From contig NC_042998.1 in the NCBI RefSeq assembly GCF_006345805.1, positions 193,936,001 to 194,000,000 of the forward strand: a stretch of DNA of 64,000 nt, given 5' to 3'. The position numbers and the translations under genes were made by a program. Source of the DNA: Octopus sinensis. Taxonomy: Eukaryota. The notes below the pieces were generated by a model. It was not told the DNA's origin. It ran no database searches and worked only from the letters and a program-made list of their open reading frames with translations. Every line of letters starts with the position of its first letter. Position 1 is the stretch's first letter. This document shows positions 51,200 to 64,000 of the stretch, piece by piece.

Positions 51200-51950
51200 A
51201 GGTAACTCCTGCCTGTCCTCGAGCGACATTTTGGTGCAAGGAGCCATAACCTGTGAACGTACGGCTGTTTACGCCCGTATAAAGAATCACCAATTGTGGC
51301 GATCCAAGGTATTTATTCGACCTCACGTATTTTTAATTTGATTTTTAAGCGTCCCCTTTTCGGTTCTGTTGCTGCTGTTTTCCGTGAAAACGCCCGAATT
51401 TCGCGTGATGTTCGTAGAAATTTGTCGTCGATCCGTCCAAGTTCTACTACTCCTACCTGCCCAGCGCACCTGTCCCACAATGCTTTGCGTTTATGCGTTA
51501 AAAAAAATATTATTTTCTGGTGGCCATCCCTCTTCTTTTCTCATCTATGTCATTTGTTATTTATTTGTTTAACCGATTCGATAGCTGCATTGCATAATTC
51601 CACCTCGGTCGGCTCGAAAACCCGTCTACGCCTGACGAGCCGACCCTTTTTTTCATAACGTAATTATTACAATACGTTGAAATTGACTCTTTACCCATGA
51701 TGCAATGCGCAATGAGTGTTTGATTCTCTCTTTTTCCCCCTTCTTCTCCTCCTCTACCTCCACCTCCTTCGCCACACACACACACACAAGCAAGGCATTG
51801 CACTCACTCACGTAGACAACTACTGTTTTTTCTTCGTCGTGGCTCTCTATGCGTGGCGATCACTACCTCTCATCATTTTTACGAACATAGGACAGGGGTT
51901 TCTGTTCTGTCCTTTTTTTTTAAAAAAAAAAGGTAGCTAACTGGCTGCCC
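51200..51950. promoter_or_regulatory. CpG-enriched, promoter-like region with no assigned gene
   Basis: Visibly higher CpG density than its flanks; not explained by the recognised repeat families; bounded by microsatellites. Confidence 0.3.
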
Positions 51951-54722
51951 GGGTTTAAATGTTTTCTGCAATTTATGTATTAAAAGTTTTTGAAGTGGTG
52001 AGTAAATTTATCACCCACATTACGAAATATTGATGACATTATATTACTTTAGCAACTGAAAACACACAAAAAAAAAGATCATTATCTCAATAACTATTCG
52101 TATGTATGCATGTGTGTGTTTATCTATCTATCTATCTATCTATATATATATATATATATACACACACATATATAAACATATATATATATGGTGTATGTAT
52201 GTATATTAAGGGCATTAAATGTAAGTATATATATATATATAAGTATATATATTAAATGTAAATATATATATATGTATGCACACACACACACATATATATA
52301 CTTTAGCAACTGAAAACAAAAAAAAAATATCAAAATCTCAATAACTATTCGTATGTATGCATGTGTGTGTTTATATATATATATCTCTCTCTCTGTATAT
52401 ATATATATATATATCTGTATATATATATATATACATATATATAAACATATGTATATTAGGGGCATTAGATGTAAGTAATGATCAAAAAGGTGTAGTGCAA
52501 TTAACTAGCTTCTAATGAAATGTACGATTTAATGTGAAAGTTGTTTAGGCCGAGTTGTTTTCTGTTGGAAAACCGTTATACCCCGATGAATACAAACACG
52601 CTCTATTTATTTGCCTTGCAGAATTTATTTCTTTTTAGTTGATTTGCTTCTTTACTTCATTTCGCTTATATATATATATTATTACCATTCGTCGTTAATT
52701 TAATAAACTTGGTTAAAACGCTTACATATTTACCGACCAGAGCCTCAATATGTTTTATCCGTTTTAACAGTCGAGGAAAGTTGGCGGGTTTTCTGCTATC
52801 CTGCTTCCGGCTTTGATCTTTATTACCTTTTTTGTATAATTTCGTTTTATTTCTCATAACTTTTTATCCTTAATTCACTCTAAGAAAAGTGATTTTGATG
52901 AGGATTTGCGTATCTTTTACGTTTATTAACAATTGTGGGACAGACAGAATCCTAAAGTTGTTATTTTTTGTGCTTTATAATTTGAATATTAGTCTTACGA
53001 GCTGTGGTCTTGTTGTGTGTCATTAGATATATTATGAATAATATTTGAAATTAATTTACTTTTATAATTCAGTTGCTTTTAAAATATATCCTTTTTGAGT
53101 TACATGCGATTTCAGTTGAATTCAGTTTATCATTGCATGTACTAATATAATAAAAGCTATTCAAAATTCGTTAGATTCCCTCAACAATTAAAGCCAGCTT
53201 TAATTTCAATCTAAGAATGTTTATCATTCTTAGGGAGGCAGTGACGAATTTGTTTTATTTTCGCAAGTAACAAAAAGCAATATATCAAGGATGTATATTA
53301 TCCTAACAGGAATTTTGTATTTGTTTAGCCACTATCGGGCGCATCTATGATAAAAGCGTTCTAGGCGTGCCCATCTCGTCTATTTGTATACCATACGTGT
53401 GTTTTCAGGAAAATTTTGGTTGCAATTTCTAGCACGTTGAGCGATCACTATAGACATTACTAATTAGTTCATCTTTTAGATTTTTCTTCATTTAATATTT
53501 TAAATACATATCTATAAATTGAATGCATTTTAAAAATTAGTATGATTGAATGGTGTGCATTAGTGATCCATTTGAATGAACATCTTTCGGCCGTTCAGTG
53601 TGTGTGTGTGTATATATAAATATATATATATGTATTTATATATATTATATGGTCTTGTTCCCGAGTATCGAGCTCGGTCTCCTTCACTTATCCATATCTA
53701 AAAATCAAGCGTATTACACGCACCACGCTACTTCTCTGTCACGTCAGATTTGGAAATTCAAAATTAAACGGAAACGTTACATTACGATTTTATGTAATAA
53801 TTTTGATATTTAGTTTTTAATGTTTGTGATATTACATTTTGTGAATTGATTTTAGGTTCAGGGGAGGTAATGAGACATTGTTTGGAGTCCTCCAGTATTC
53901 GATCTTATACTTAGTTTATTGATATTTGATTTGATTAATTTATATACTATCGTTGTTTTTCAGCTGATTTTTTTTAATGTCTTAAAAAAACAATTAAAAA
54001 AGGGGCGAAAACAAGCTTTTCATTAATATGTACATCAAGCTAGCTACAAGCGTGATGTTAGATTAACTGCCAAGCTATGACCTAAATACGTTTTCTTTTT
54101 ATTAGCTCGGGCCAACCTAAAGCGGAATAGAATGTTTACTAGCAATCCACTCATTTAATATCCTCAAAATAGTTACGTGATGGCCTCTACATGATCACTC
54201 GACTTGCTCGAAACAGCAGATCAGTCTTTTCTCATCTCACGCTGTCGCCTCGGGAAAGGAAGCGACTCATTATAATTTACTCCAATAATATAAATGTATT
54301 TATACACTTCAAATGCAAACGGAATATATTTTATATTTAAAAAAAAAAAAAAGTTCTTAATTCTCTAACCTTAATCAGTTTCTGTTTTTAAAAGGAGTTT
54401 CTTTTTTTTTAAATTTTTATTTCGTAAGTTAAAAAAAATATTTTTTGTAAATTCTGAATCTTTAACGTCAAAACATACCGCAGCCCATTAAAAAAAAAAG
54501 GTTCGGTTTTGACGAGAAGGCCTTTAATCATAGCTCAACCAGTCCCGAAGTATCCCAAGGAATGTTTAATCCGAGATCCTAGATTTCAAACAAAACAGTA
54601 ATTAAACTATAATCATCAGCATTTAAATATTTTTGAAGCCGGATTTTTAACAGTCCCATCTTATAACTTTTATACTCTTTGTTTTATTAAGCTGATGATT
54701 ACTCAGGGAATATGCAACTGCC

Positions 54723-54754
<32 letters not shown>

Positions 54755-55599
54755 ATGGAATCCCTGTCGAAGACGGCTTGAGTGTTCAGTTTTTGCTGAA
54801 GGACCTGCACAAAACGATTTGTTTATAGTGATCAAGTGTATGTGCTATCACTCTCCACCCAACGAATCGGCGTTACCTGCACAGGTGTTCCGAGTGTCAG
54901 GTGTCTAAATGATCACAGAGGATCGTGAACTGCAGTGTTTTCCTCAAGAACACAATGCGTCACTCGGTCTAGGAATCGAACACACGGTCTTAGCGCTCAT
55001 GACTGCAACACCCTAGCCACTAAGCGACGCGCCTACAACATTTGAAATGTATATCATATGTCTTGTTTACATGTGAAAGCGTTAGATGTTTTACTTCCTG
55101 AAAATTTGAAATGTTTTGTCATTTAAAAACTTTCGAAGGGAAGGGGGTGGTATTTAGTCAATACTATCGACCTCGAAATGATGTAGGTAAACTTGATCTC
55201 AGTAGAATTTGAACTCAGAACATAAAGACATAAGAGCTAGAACAAATACCACAAGGCATTTTTTCTCGGCGCTCTAGCGATTCTACAAACTATCATCAAA
55301 CTTTACTTTTTCCTCAAGTAAAGTAATATTTTCCTAAGACCAGACGGGTTTTCTCAGAAGATTTAAAACAAAGGACACTGTTTGCATGATAGTGATGCAG
55401 GTTCTGTCTACCAATGCACTCACACGACTTTAGTCATCCTGGGACTATAGTAGAAGATACTTGCCCAAGGTACCACACAGTGGGTCTGAACCTAGATCCC
55501 ATGTGTTGGGAAGCAAATATGCCACATAGCCATGCCTCTTCCTAATAGTAATAATAATAATAATTATTATTATCGTCATCCTTTCTACTATAGGCACAA

Positions 55600-55793
55600 G
55601 TCCTGAAATTTTTTAAGGGAGGGAGCTAGTTAAGTTCATCAACCCCAGTGCCCAACTGGTGCTCATTTCATTGACCCCCATAAGGATGAAAGGTAAAGTT
55701 GACCTTGGCAGAATTTGAACTCTGATCACAAAGAGATGAAATGCTGCTATGGATTTGGTCCAGTATGGTAATGATTCTACCTGCTCACCACCT
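55600..55793 (-). mobile_element. SINE family C, diverged
   Basis: Reverse-complement core. Confidence 0.7.
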
Positions 55794-57207
55794 TAATAAT
55801 TATAATAATAATAATAATAATAGTAGTATTTATTATAAGGTATGACATTGTGATTACATTGATCTGCAGTTGGCTTCTGCAACCCAAACATCAATTATTA
55901 TGACTACTTCTGAGATAGTTCTAATAACAGTGGCATGAATTGATTATGGATACTGCTTAAGTTAATATCAATTATCTGTGAAAGCTGTGTAAACAGTGAC
56001 TTAAATCAATCAAGCTGTTGGTGAAACAGTGGCTGGTGTGAATTATATATATCTCAAATGTAAGTATTGCTTAGATCGTGGGCCAAACATCAACACTATG
56101 TGACCTCGGGTCAGCCTCGATCTAACAGATTTAAAATATCTTAACCATAACCATCTTAGTCTTAGGGGTATGTATATAGGACTATAATGTCTAATGTGCT
56201 CTTTTCCTATTTAAGTCGGTAGAGTGTCTTCTCTTGAGTGTTTTTAGCATTGGTTATCCTTAGTCAGATCTCCTGCCTAAGGATAACCAATGTTGGAGAC
56301 CCTGAAAAGAGTCATGGCATTGCTCTTTCACTTCTGACTAAGCAGTGAAGAAGTAGTTGAGTAACCATGTAGAGACCCCTTCCATAATATTATTTAAGTT
56401 ACAGCATCTGTCGGTTGTAGTAAGGATGTGTTTCAATATAAACTTTATGCTAATAAAATTATCAATGTTTATAACATGCATTGCCATGCTGACATGGGTT
56501 GCACATGGATACCTGGTAGCATATTGTCATTGTCTTTAAACTTGTTATGCTTGTTTTCATTACTAGTGTAGTGGAAGTAGTAGCAGATTATTTAGGTAGT
56601 TAAGTATCAGTTATCTTTCTTTGATATATTTCAGTTTTGTGTAATCTCTGCTGTCCCTCTGTAGTGTGGAGAAATATTAGTCTCTGAAAATGATGTAATC
56701 TATACCTTTTGTAAAGGAGATTTAACAGTTGTTGTTATCTGTAGATCATCTCTGATTGAGCAGTCTTGGGTTTCAATGGCTTTCTAACTGTGACCATTTC
56801 CATCTTTTTGTATCATTAGAACTACACTGGCCTTTAGGGGAATAGTACTCAATTTTTTTTTAATTGTCGCATATCTTACAACATAACAAAAGTATTTTGA
56901 AGCATTGTACATAGAGTAAAAAGAATATAATTTTAACTGATAAATGTAAAAAGTTTAAACTACAGAATATAAACAAACTTCTTGATTTAATAAATGTAAC
57001 TATTTAGAATTTCAGTTTGTATTTTTCACATTTTTTAAGAATATGATTCTATTTATTTGTGGTTTATTATTTTGAAGAAGCCATTGCACTAGTGTGTGTT
57101 TGAGGAATTTGGTTGTTATTTGTAACAGGCCTACATAGAAGCTCCATTTCTTGCTCAATGAATTAAATAGTTGAATGATCGTGTGGCAACATTTCAAATG
57201 TTTAAAT

Positions 57208-57536
57208 TAGCGTTTCTCAACTGGGGTTCCCTGGAACCCTATGATTCCGCAAAAGGTTCCATGGGAAAGAGTGAGGTAAGCTAATGCTAATTTCACGATC
57301 GTAATATTACTAAACATGCACAACGTATTGGTTATTGTAATATTGTAATATAGACATCATCCTATCTAACCTTTTAAGTTATCAAAAAAATATAACAAAT
57401 ATATGATACTTACCACATGAACTGTAATGAAAAAATATGAGAAAGATATGGTATATAATTTTTTTGTGCAAGGGTTCCTTGAGATATGTAATTTATTTTA
57501 AGGGTTACGCAAGGGTAAAAAGGTGGAGAAACACTG
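57208..57536. mobile_element. hAT-type MITE with 8-bp target-site duplication
   Basis: TSD GTTTAAAT at 57200-57207 and 57537-57544; imperfect TIRs TAGCGTTTCTCAAC / GGTGGAGAAACACTG. Confidence 0.85.
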
Positions 57537-57777
57537 GTTTAAATGTTTAGATTTGTAAAGCGTGCAGTCAACTAAAGCTGTTTGATTTTGTCAGACGTTA
57601 ATAGAAAATCTTTTGGTAGAAGCTCAATGAACATTGTGCCTCAAGTCATATTAATTTCTCAATGACAGAATAAAATTTGCTGAATATATGAGTAAATTGT
57701 ATGAAGACAGCTGCAAGTAAGTTCCCATAAAAATGGTAGATCACCAAGAAGTAAGGGTTAGTATTGTAGACCTGATA

Positions 57778-58124
57778 TCTCTATATATAAATGGCAAAAT
57801 GTCTGCGTGTGTGTCCTTTATATAAATCCACAATTTTTCAGTTAGAGGGCTCGCACTTGCTATGGTCATTCAAAACCGTCCAAGGGTGGTCGTGCACATC
57901 TTTACATTTCCCCAGTCACCCCGCAAAGCCATTAAAAAAATCAATAGAAGTGACTTTTTTGTGAATTTTCTATTCAAAACCCAATCAAAATGCCCGAAAC
58001 TTGATACGCCAATTGAATGCCTGCTAGCTGTATGTGATTGGTCGGAGATTTGGACAGTACTCGCGTGTAAGTGCGCATGCACACAGCTGTATATAAGCAT
58101 GCACTAGCATGGTCATAGTGCTAG
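57778..58124 (+). mobile_element. Non-autonomous Helitron
   Basis: Inserted between A (57777) and T (58125); 5' TCTCTATATATAAA; 3' subterminal hairpin GCACTA/TAGTGC and terminal CTAG (58121-58124). Confidence 0.75.
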
Positions 58125-59451
58125 TATTTAATAAAAGTAAACAGAAAGTTCTATTATTTCTACGTTGAACTTGTTTTAATCTCAGCTAATTTGTGTAACA
58201 TTGAAGAGTGAATGTTATTTTACAATAGTTCACCAATGCCATCATGCATTACTTAAATTGTTTAAATTTTAATATGGAATTGTATTTTAAAACACATCAC
58301 ATTAGTTAATTGGCATTTGTCTGCATGAAAATGTTAAATGTGCTTTATAAGAATGTTGACAATTATCCTACAATATTAGAAATATACTTCCTAATGTAAC
58401 AAACTAACAAAGGAACCTTTACATGGTTGTGTGACCTGCTAGATTGTATCCAAATCTCTAAGAAAAAATAATTAATAAAAGGGAAGGACATATTAGATAG
58501 TTAAGGCCTACATCTATTATGTGTGCAAAAGATAATTCTGCAATCATATACTTTTGACCATCGATAGAGTTGATAAGGGTTGATCTGAGGCTCAAGAAGA
58601 AAAATTTATATAGACATGTTCTGGCATGTTTGTGTATGTGTATACACACACATAGCCTAGTAGCTAGGGTGTTTAGCTCACAGTTATATAGTCATGGGTT
58701 CAATTTCTGCACAAGGTGGTGCATTATGTCCTTGAGCAAGGCACTTCATTTCATGTTGCTTCAGTCTACTCAGTTGAAAATGAGTACCAGCTGACTACTG
58801 GTGCAGTCCTGTCTCCCTGCAACTGTCGCATTCTCAATGTTATACTGGGTCATGGATGGGAGGTCTCCGAGTGTGCCCGTGTCTGCTTGTGACTACATAG
58901 GCATCTAAAACTATTAGTGGAAGCATGATACAAGCTAACAGGTTATATTCGCTTGTGAGTGATGGCTAAAGTTTTCATATGCATGCATGTATATGGGCTT
59001 CCTATGGTTTCTATCAACCACATAACCCATGGGTATCTTTAGCATAATCCACTCTATTGCAAGTATTCAAGGCAGACTTCCAGGTTGAGGAGAATTTCTT
59101 CCTACAAGTCTTAGACACCCTAAAATTTGGTTAAAAGAAACTGTGCAGAAGCCCATTGTTTCTGTGTGTTTATATCTTTTAGCAGAGGCTGTAGTAAACA
59201 CCAGTGAAAACTATGTTCTTTGAACAAGGAGGGTCCTTAGTAGTGAATTAGAGATATTTCGTTGTCACCCTTCCTGCTGGAAATGCAATAATCCAGTGAT
59301 ATAAAATGTGAAAAAATAAAAATCTCAAAAAAACTTTTGTGTAACCACCAATTCCTCATTGTAATTTTATGTTAATTTATAGGAAGTGAGTAAAGAATTA
59401 CTGTCAGTACCTATTGTAAACACTAAAATTTTAAATTTATATAGTTGATTC

Positions 59452-59780
59452 ATCATCATCGTTTAACGTCCGCTTTCCATGCTAGCATGGGTTGGACGAT
59501 TTTGACTGAGGGCTGGCGAACCAGATGGCTGCACCAGGCTCCAATCTTGATCTGGCAGAGTTTCTACAGCTGGGTGCCCTTCCTAACGCCAACCACTCCG
59601 AGAGTGTAGTGGGTGCTTTTAAAGTGCCACCGGCACGAGGGCCAGTCAGGCAGTACTGGCAATGACCTCGCTTGAATCTTTTTTACACGTACCACCGGCA
59701 CAGGTGCCAGTAAGGCGATGTTGGTAATGATCACACTCAAATGGTGCCCTTTTGTGTGCCACAGCACGGGGGCCAGTCTT
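59452..59780 (-). mobile_element. SINE family A
   Basis: Reverse complement of the 6772-7153 type. Confidence 0.85.
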
Positions 59781-60561
59781 TATTAAAACTATGTATAGTA
59801 AATTTAGAGCAAATTCAGCCACATTTGTCTAGATACAGGAAATAATTTGTGAGTTAAAGTTTTATTTAGGAAAATGATCGCCTTCATTGACACTGGTAAG
59901 AAATAGACGTGGAAGTGTTGCTAGAATATGCAAACTATTTAGGAATTAGAAGTTGTTAGCGGAATATCAGAGGGAATTGATAGGGATATTAGGTCAGACC
60001 AACAAGAGTACATCTCTATGGTCACAAAATCTCCTAGTAATAACAGCCAAGTCTGTAAACCACATCTTGCTATCTTCAAGAAGGATACATCGAACTAACA
60101 AAAACTTCTACTGGCTAAGTTGATCTACTAGAAACAACACCTTATCTTGTCTTGTTAAGAAAATTAAAGGCATAGATACATTGAACGATGTAGTTTTTGA
60201 CATACAAAGTAAAAACAGGGAGAAGGGCATGGCTGGAACCTCATTGATCATAGGTCTGCTTATTCTGGACAAGCCTAGGGCTAAATGACAACAGTATAAA
60301 GATTAGATTATAGGGCAATTAAAAGTGTACAAACAAAAGATACTGCATGTTGAGAGATAATTTCTGAGATGCTGTATGTATCAGGTTTGATTGTTATTAC
60401 AGTAGCTGTTCACTTAGCTAATCAGGCTCTGCTGAATGCTGTCAGTGGAAATTAATGAGGTAGCAGATATTAAAAACATAATGAGGGAACACTTATGCAG
60501 TCACTCCACTTGCTAGAAATAGGCAGCAAAATTACATTGTAGTTAGTTTTTGGAGTCTTAA

Positions 60562-60781
60562 CCCTTTATTACCGTATTTGTTTTGAGATGCTCTGTGTTT
60601 CTTTCAATTGTTTTAAATATAACAGAGAATTTAGTAAAATAAATTAGTTACCATTAAGCTAGTGATAGGAACATAAATTGTGACTAAGGTTTGGTGGAAG
60701 ATTTTAATTCAAAACTTAAGAAAACAAGACATTTGTACTAGAGAGCCAGTGGCGGTTTTGGCCAGGTTGGTAATGAAAGGG
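60562..60781. mobile_element. piggyBac-like MITE, family 1
   Basis: TTAA flanks (60558-60561, 60782-60785); CCCTTT...AAAGGG termini; aligns with 18463-18682. Confidence 0.8.
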
Positions 60782-60953
60782 TTAAATGACTAGAGCACAT
60801 TAGAGAGTATTATTGTGGATACTTCTAAATAAATGGCTTGTTGTAGCTAGAATACCTTTCACCATACTGTTCGGTATGGTTGATATGTGGCTAAGCAACA
60901 ATGGGAAAGATGAAGATTCATTAAATAATGGATTGACTTGTATGCATTTGTTA

Positions 60954-61398
60954 GAAATTTCGGATCTTTTCGGTTTGAATGGCAGTTTTTTAAAATAATT
61001 TCCACATAACTAAACACTTTTAAACTTCGTATACTGGTAGAATGTGTTTATAAAACATCTTTTTCTCTTGGCTTTATTGAGAAAATTCTATAATTTGTAA
61101 GATATTTGTTGTTTTTTTTTTTTCAATTTCTGCAATTTCAACCAATCAATGACGTCTATTGAGGTGAAAACATTCTGTGCCGTATGAATATGTCCCTCGT
61201 TTAAGAAACAGATTGGGTTTATTTACATTTGTGAAGAAAAAAAGATACCCTTCCCCCACCCCTAACCCTAACTCTAACCCTAACCCTAAAACAGATTGAA
61301 ATGCAATAGATCGATACTAGGGTCATAATTATGGGTGACAATTTCATATGACACTGCTAGAAAAAACTGCTGGTTAAACTGAAAGGACCTGAAATTTC
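60954..61398. mobile_element. MITE-like element with ~37-bp imperfect TIRs and an internal (CCCTAA)n tract
   Basis: GAAATTTCGGATCTTTTCGGTTTGAATGGCAGTTTTT at the left matches the reverse complement of AAAAACTGCTGGTTAAACTGAAAGGACCTGAAATTTC at the right; CCTAACCCTAACTCTAACCCTAACCCTAA near 61261-61289. Confidence 0.6.
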
Positions 61399-61589
61399 AA
61401 TTGTTAGGTGAACAAAGTTGGTTTGGACAAATAACTGTCCGAGTAGTGAACCATAGATGCTATGTTTGTGTGTGTATCTCTTTCATCATCTACACTATTA
61501 AGTTACATTTGTCAACCCAAAGAAAGTTTTTAACAGTTCCATGCTCTGTAATTTGATAATCAATGAGAAATCTAAATGCTGATGAATTC

Positions 61590-61748
61590 ATCATCATCAT
61601 CATCATTGTTTAACGTCCGCTTTCCATGCTAGCATGGGTTGGACGGTTCGACTGGGGTCTGGGAAGCCAGGAGGTTGCACCAGGCCCAGTCTGATCTGGC
61701 AGTGTTTCTACATCTGGATGCCCTTCCTAACGCCAACCACTCTGTGAG
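61590..61748 (-). mobile_element. SINE family A, 3' fragment
   Basis: (CAT)n-CGTTTAACGTCCGCTTTCCATGCTAGCATGG. Confidence 0.85.
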
Positions 61749-62384
61749 TTATAGTAACTATTCAGGGATGTGTATGAAGCTAAATTTTGGTTAAGAATGG
61801 ATAACAAATTTAATATATAAGTCGTATGTGTTTCTTGGCCACCTTCTTTCAATTTCAACTTAGATTTGGCATTTAGAAGAGTGGATTTGAGTTAAAAGAC
61901 CTGAAAATATGTAAATACCAGTTAGTAACTGGGTCAGCTTGAGTCAATACCATTTAGAAAAGTGGCTTGGATAGAAAAAAACTGAAGTGTGTTGTTTAAA
62001 AACAATGTGAATACAGATGGTACAACAGGATCTCTTAGCAGACTAAACAAGGACCAGAATTTTGCATACAACTAGATGTACTAGAGTAGCTAGCAACAAA
62101 TTATTAACTTTGTGAGTTCTAAGGACTGTTCAAATGCTTCATTCCAAATAGTTGTGTAATAGTTTTGAAGTGATAGCTAAATTTTGTTATCTTGAAAGAA
62201 GTTTGGAAAAGTGCCATCCATGTTGGTAGCAGGGTTTTCTCTCCATCCAAAAAAATAAGACTGAATCATCTGTGAGAATGTGACAGTGTGATAAAGCAAC
62301 TCTGAAATTACTGATAATGTATGAGTCGTTATTATTGCTTAAGAAGTGAAGAAAGTAGATGGTGTCATAGGCAGAGATGGGAAT

Positions 62385-62745
62385 ATTAGCATGCTGGGTA
62401 AAATGCTTCGCAGTATTTCATCTGTCTTTACGTTCTGAGTTCAAATTCCGCTGAGGTCGACTTTGCCTTTCATCCTTTCGGGGTCGATAAATTAAGTACC
62501 AGTTATGCACTGGGGTCGATATAATCGACTTAATCTGTTTGTCTGTTCTTGTTTGTCCTCTCTCTTTTTAGCCCCTTGTGGGTAGTAAAGAAATAGGTAT
62601 TTCATCTGCCTTTACGTTCTGAGTTCAAATTCCGCCTAGGTTGACTTTGCTTTCATCCTTTCAGGGTTGATAAATTAAGTACCAGTTGCATACTGAGGTC
62701 TATTTAATCGATTGGCCCACCCTCCCCCAAAATTTTGGTCCTTGT
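62385..62745 (+). mobile_element. SINE family C, internally duplicated
   Basis: Core repeated at ~62440 and ~62620. Confidence 0.8.
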
Positions 62746-63614
62746 GCCTTGAATAGAAAAGAATATTTTTGTGACTTCATACCAATCAGCCAGGTGGCGC
62801 TTCCTTCAATACAAGCTATGTATATATGTAGCAGTAACCCTGACTCAACAGGAGTGGAAACAATTACTCTGTTGTGATTTTCACCTGAACTCCGAAAAGG
62901 ATTAGTCGTTCTTTGGAGTTGAAGTGTTTTCTAGCTCAGGAAAGTAAGGCTAGCCTTTGTGATACAGTCTTTGCTATGTTGCAAGAATGGGCATGAAATA
63001 TGATAACAGGGTTCAATAAACGTTAGCAATAAGAATATGGCTTTAAAAAATCACTAGAGATATGTGCTCAAGATTTTCCTTACTGTATTTCATATTTCGA
63101 ATGTTGAGGGCAGATGTTAGAATGGATAGAACATTGGACAAAATGTTGCATTTAATTACACTCTTTAGTGCTGGTGCCGTGATTAAACACGCACTACTAG
63201 AGAGTAATAACTCTGAATTTGTGCTGACACAGACCATGATAGGCTGTCCTCTCATTGTGGATATATGGCGATCATGTTGGTAAAGGATGGTGGTAATTTA
63301 ACCTGATGTTAACTTTGCCTTTTATTCCTTTGAAATAAGTAACTCCCAAGTATGAGGGTCACTTTAATTGATTATACTTTCTCCCAATATTTTCAAAAAG
63401 TTCTGTTTGTGAACTCCTTCCATCCCTTTTTTTTTTATTGTCATTACTGCATTCTTAATGATTTCTTTCTGTGGTGGGTTGGGTTAGGGGTTTGTAAAAA
63501 AGTGTGCTGTGTTTGATTTAATTAACTTCAATACACCACTGGTGCTTATTGTATCAACCTGGGAGTGATAAAATAACTTAACTTCTGGATTTAAAAAAAA
63601 AAAAGAATATAGCT

Positions 63615-64000
63615 GTAGGAGTGGCTGTGTGGTAAGTAGCCTGTTTACCAACCACATGGTTACGGGTTCAGTCCCACTGCGTGGCACCTTGGGCAAGTGT
63701 CTTCTGCTATAGCCTCGGGCCGACCAAAGCCTTGTGAGTGGATTTGGTAGACGGAAACTGAAAGAAGCCTGTCGTATATATGTGTGCATGTTTATATGTT
63801 TGTGTTTGCCCCCCCCCGCCCCCAATATCGCTTGACAACCGATGCTGGTGTGTTTACGTCCCCGTAACTTAGCGGTTCGGCAAAAGAGACCGATAGAATA
63901 AGTACTAGGCTTACAAAGAGTAAGTCCCGGGGTCGATTTGATCAACTAAAGGCGGTGCTCCAGCATGGCCGCAGTCAAATGACTGAAACAAGTAAAAGAG
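63615..64000 (+). mobile_element. tRNA-derived SINE family B, near full length
   Basis: A-box-like TGGCTGTGTGGTAAG and B-box-like GGGTTCAGTCCC; central microsatellite; tail GCAGTCAAATGACTGAAACAAGTAAAAGAG. Confidence 0.9.

Noticed and set aside
59381-59392. ttatAG-GAA-GTGAGT as a 3-nt microexon
   Set aside because: Such a short match is expected by chance; no host gene or supporting evidence.
60370-60455. Short protein-like reading ..AVHLANQALLNAVSGN*
   Set aside because: No recognisable homology, and splice context is ambiguous.
63062-63283. 73-aa ORF MCSRFSLL..
   Set aside because: No family motif and no clear splice boundaries.

Overview
AT-rich, repeat-dense animal genomic DNA. The SINE families, (TA)n microsatellites and RTE/Penelope relics look most like an octopod cephalopod (Octopus sp.); this is pattern recognition, not a database result. 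The only host gene I can support is selenoprotein F (SELENOF/Sep15) on the minus strand. Three coding exons (18087-18043, 11100-10927, 560-497) splice in frame with GT-AG boundaries to give MADLPGIISLLVLLY-ICLADSQELTPLQCEHLGMYNSLLCSSCNELDKFQLTPLKDSCSKCCQMDQEGEKALK-MYPYAELIVCG(U)KLGRYPQVQ. An in-frame TGA at 527-525 is the selenocysteine of the CxU motif. The remaining exons and the SECIS element should lie beyond the left edge. The rest of the window is mostly decayed mobile DNA: RTE, CR1-like and L1/Tx1-like LINE pieces, Penelope-like relics, three SINE families, and piggyBac-, hAT-, Tc1/mariner- and Helitron-type non-autonomous elements. Most ORFs in the supplied track are artefacts of these repeats. 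Observations worth follow-up are minimal hammerhead-ribozyme motifs (one inside a near-perfect 75-bp-arm palindrome), a 663-bp higher-order tandem array built from a SINE/LINE end, an ETS-CRE composite motif at the SELENOF start, a two-donor templated insertion, and a CpG-rich orphan promoter-like region near 51.2-51.9 kb. Repeat boundaries are approximate unless a TSD or TIR is cited.
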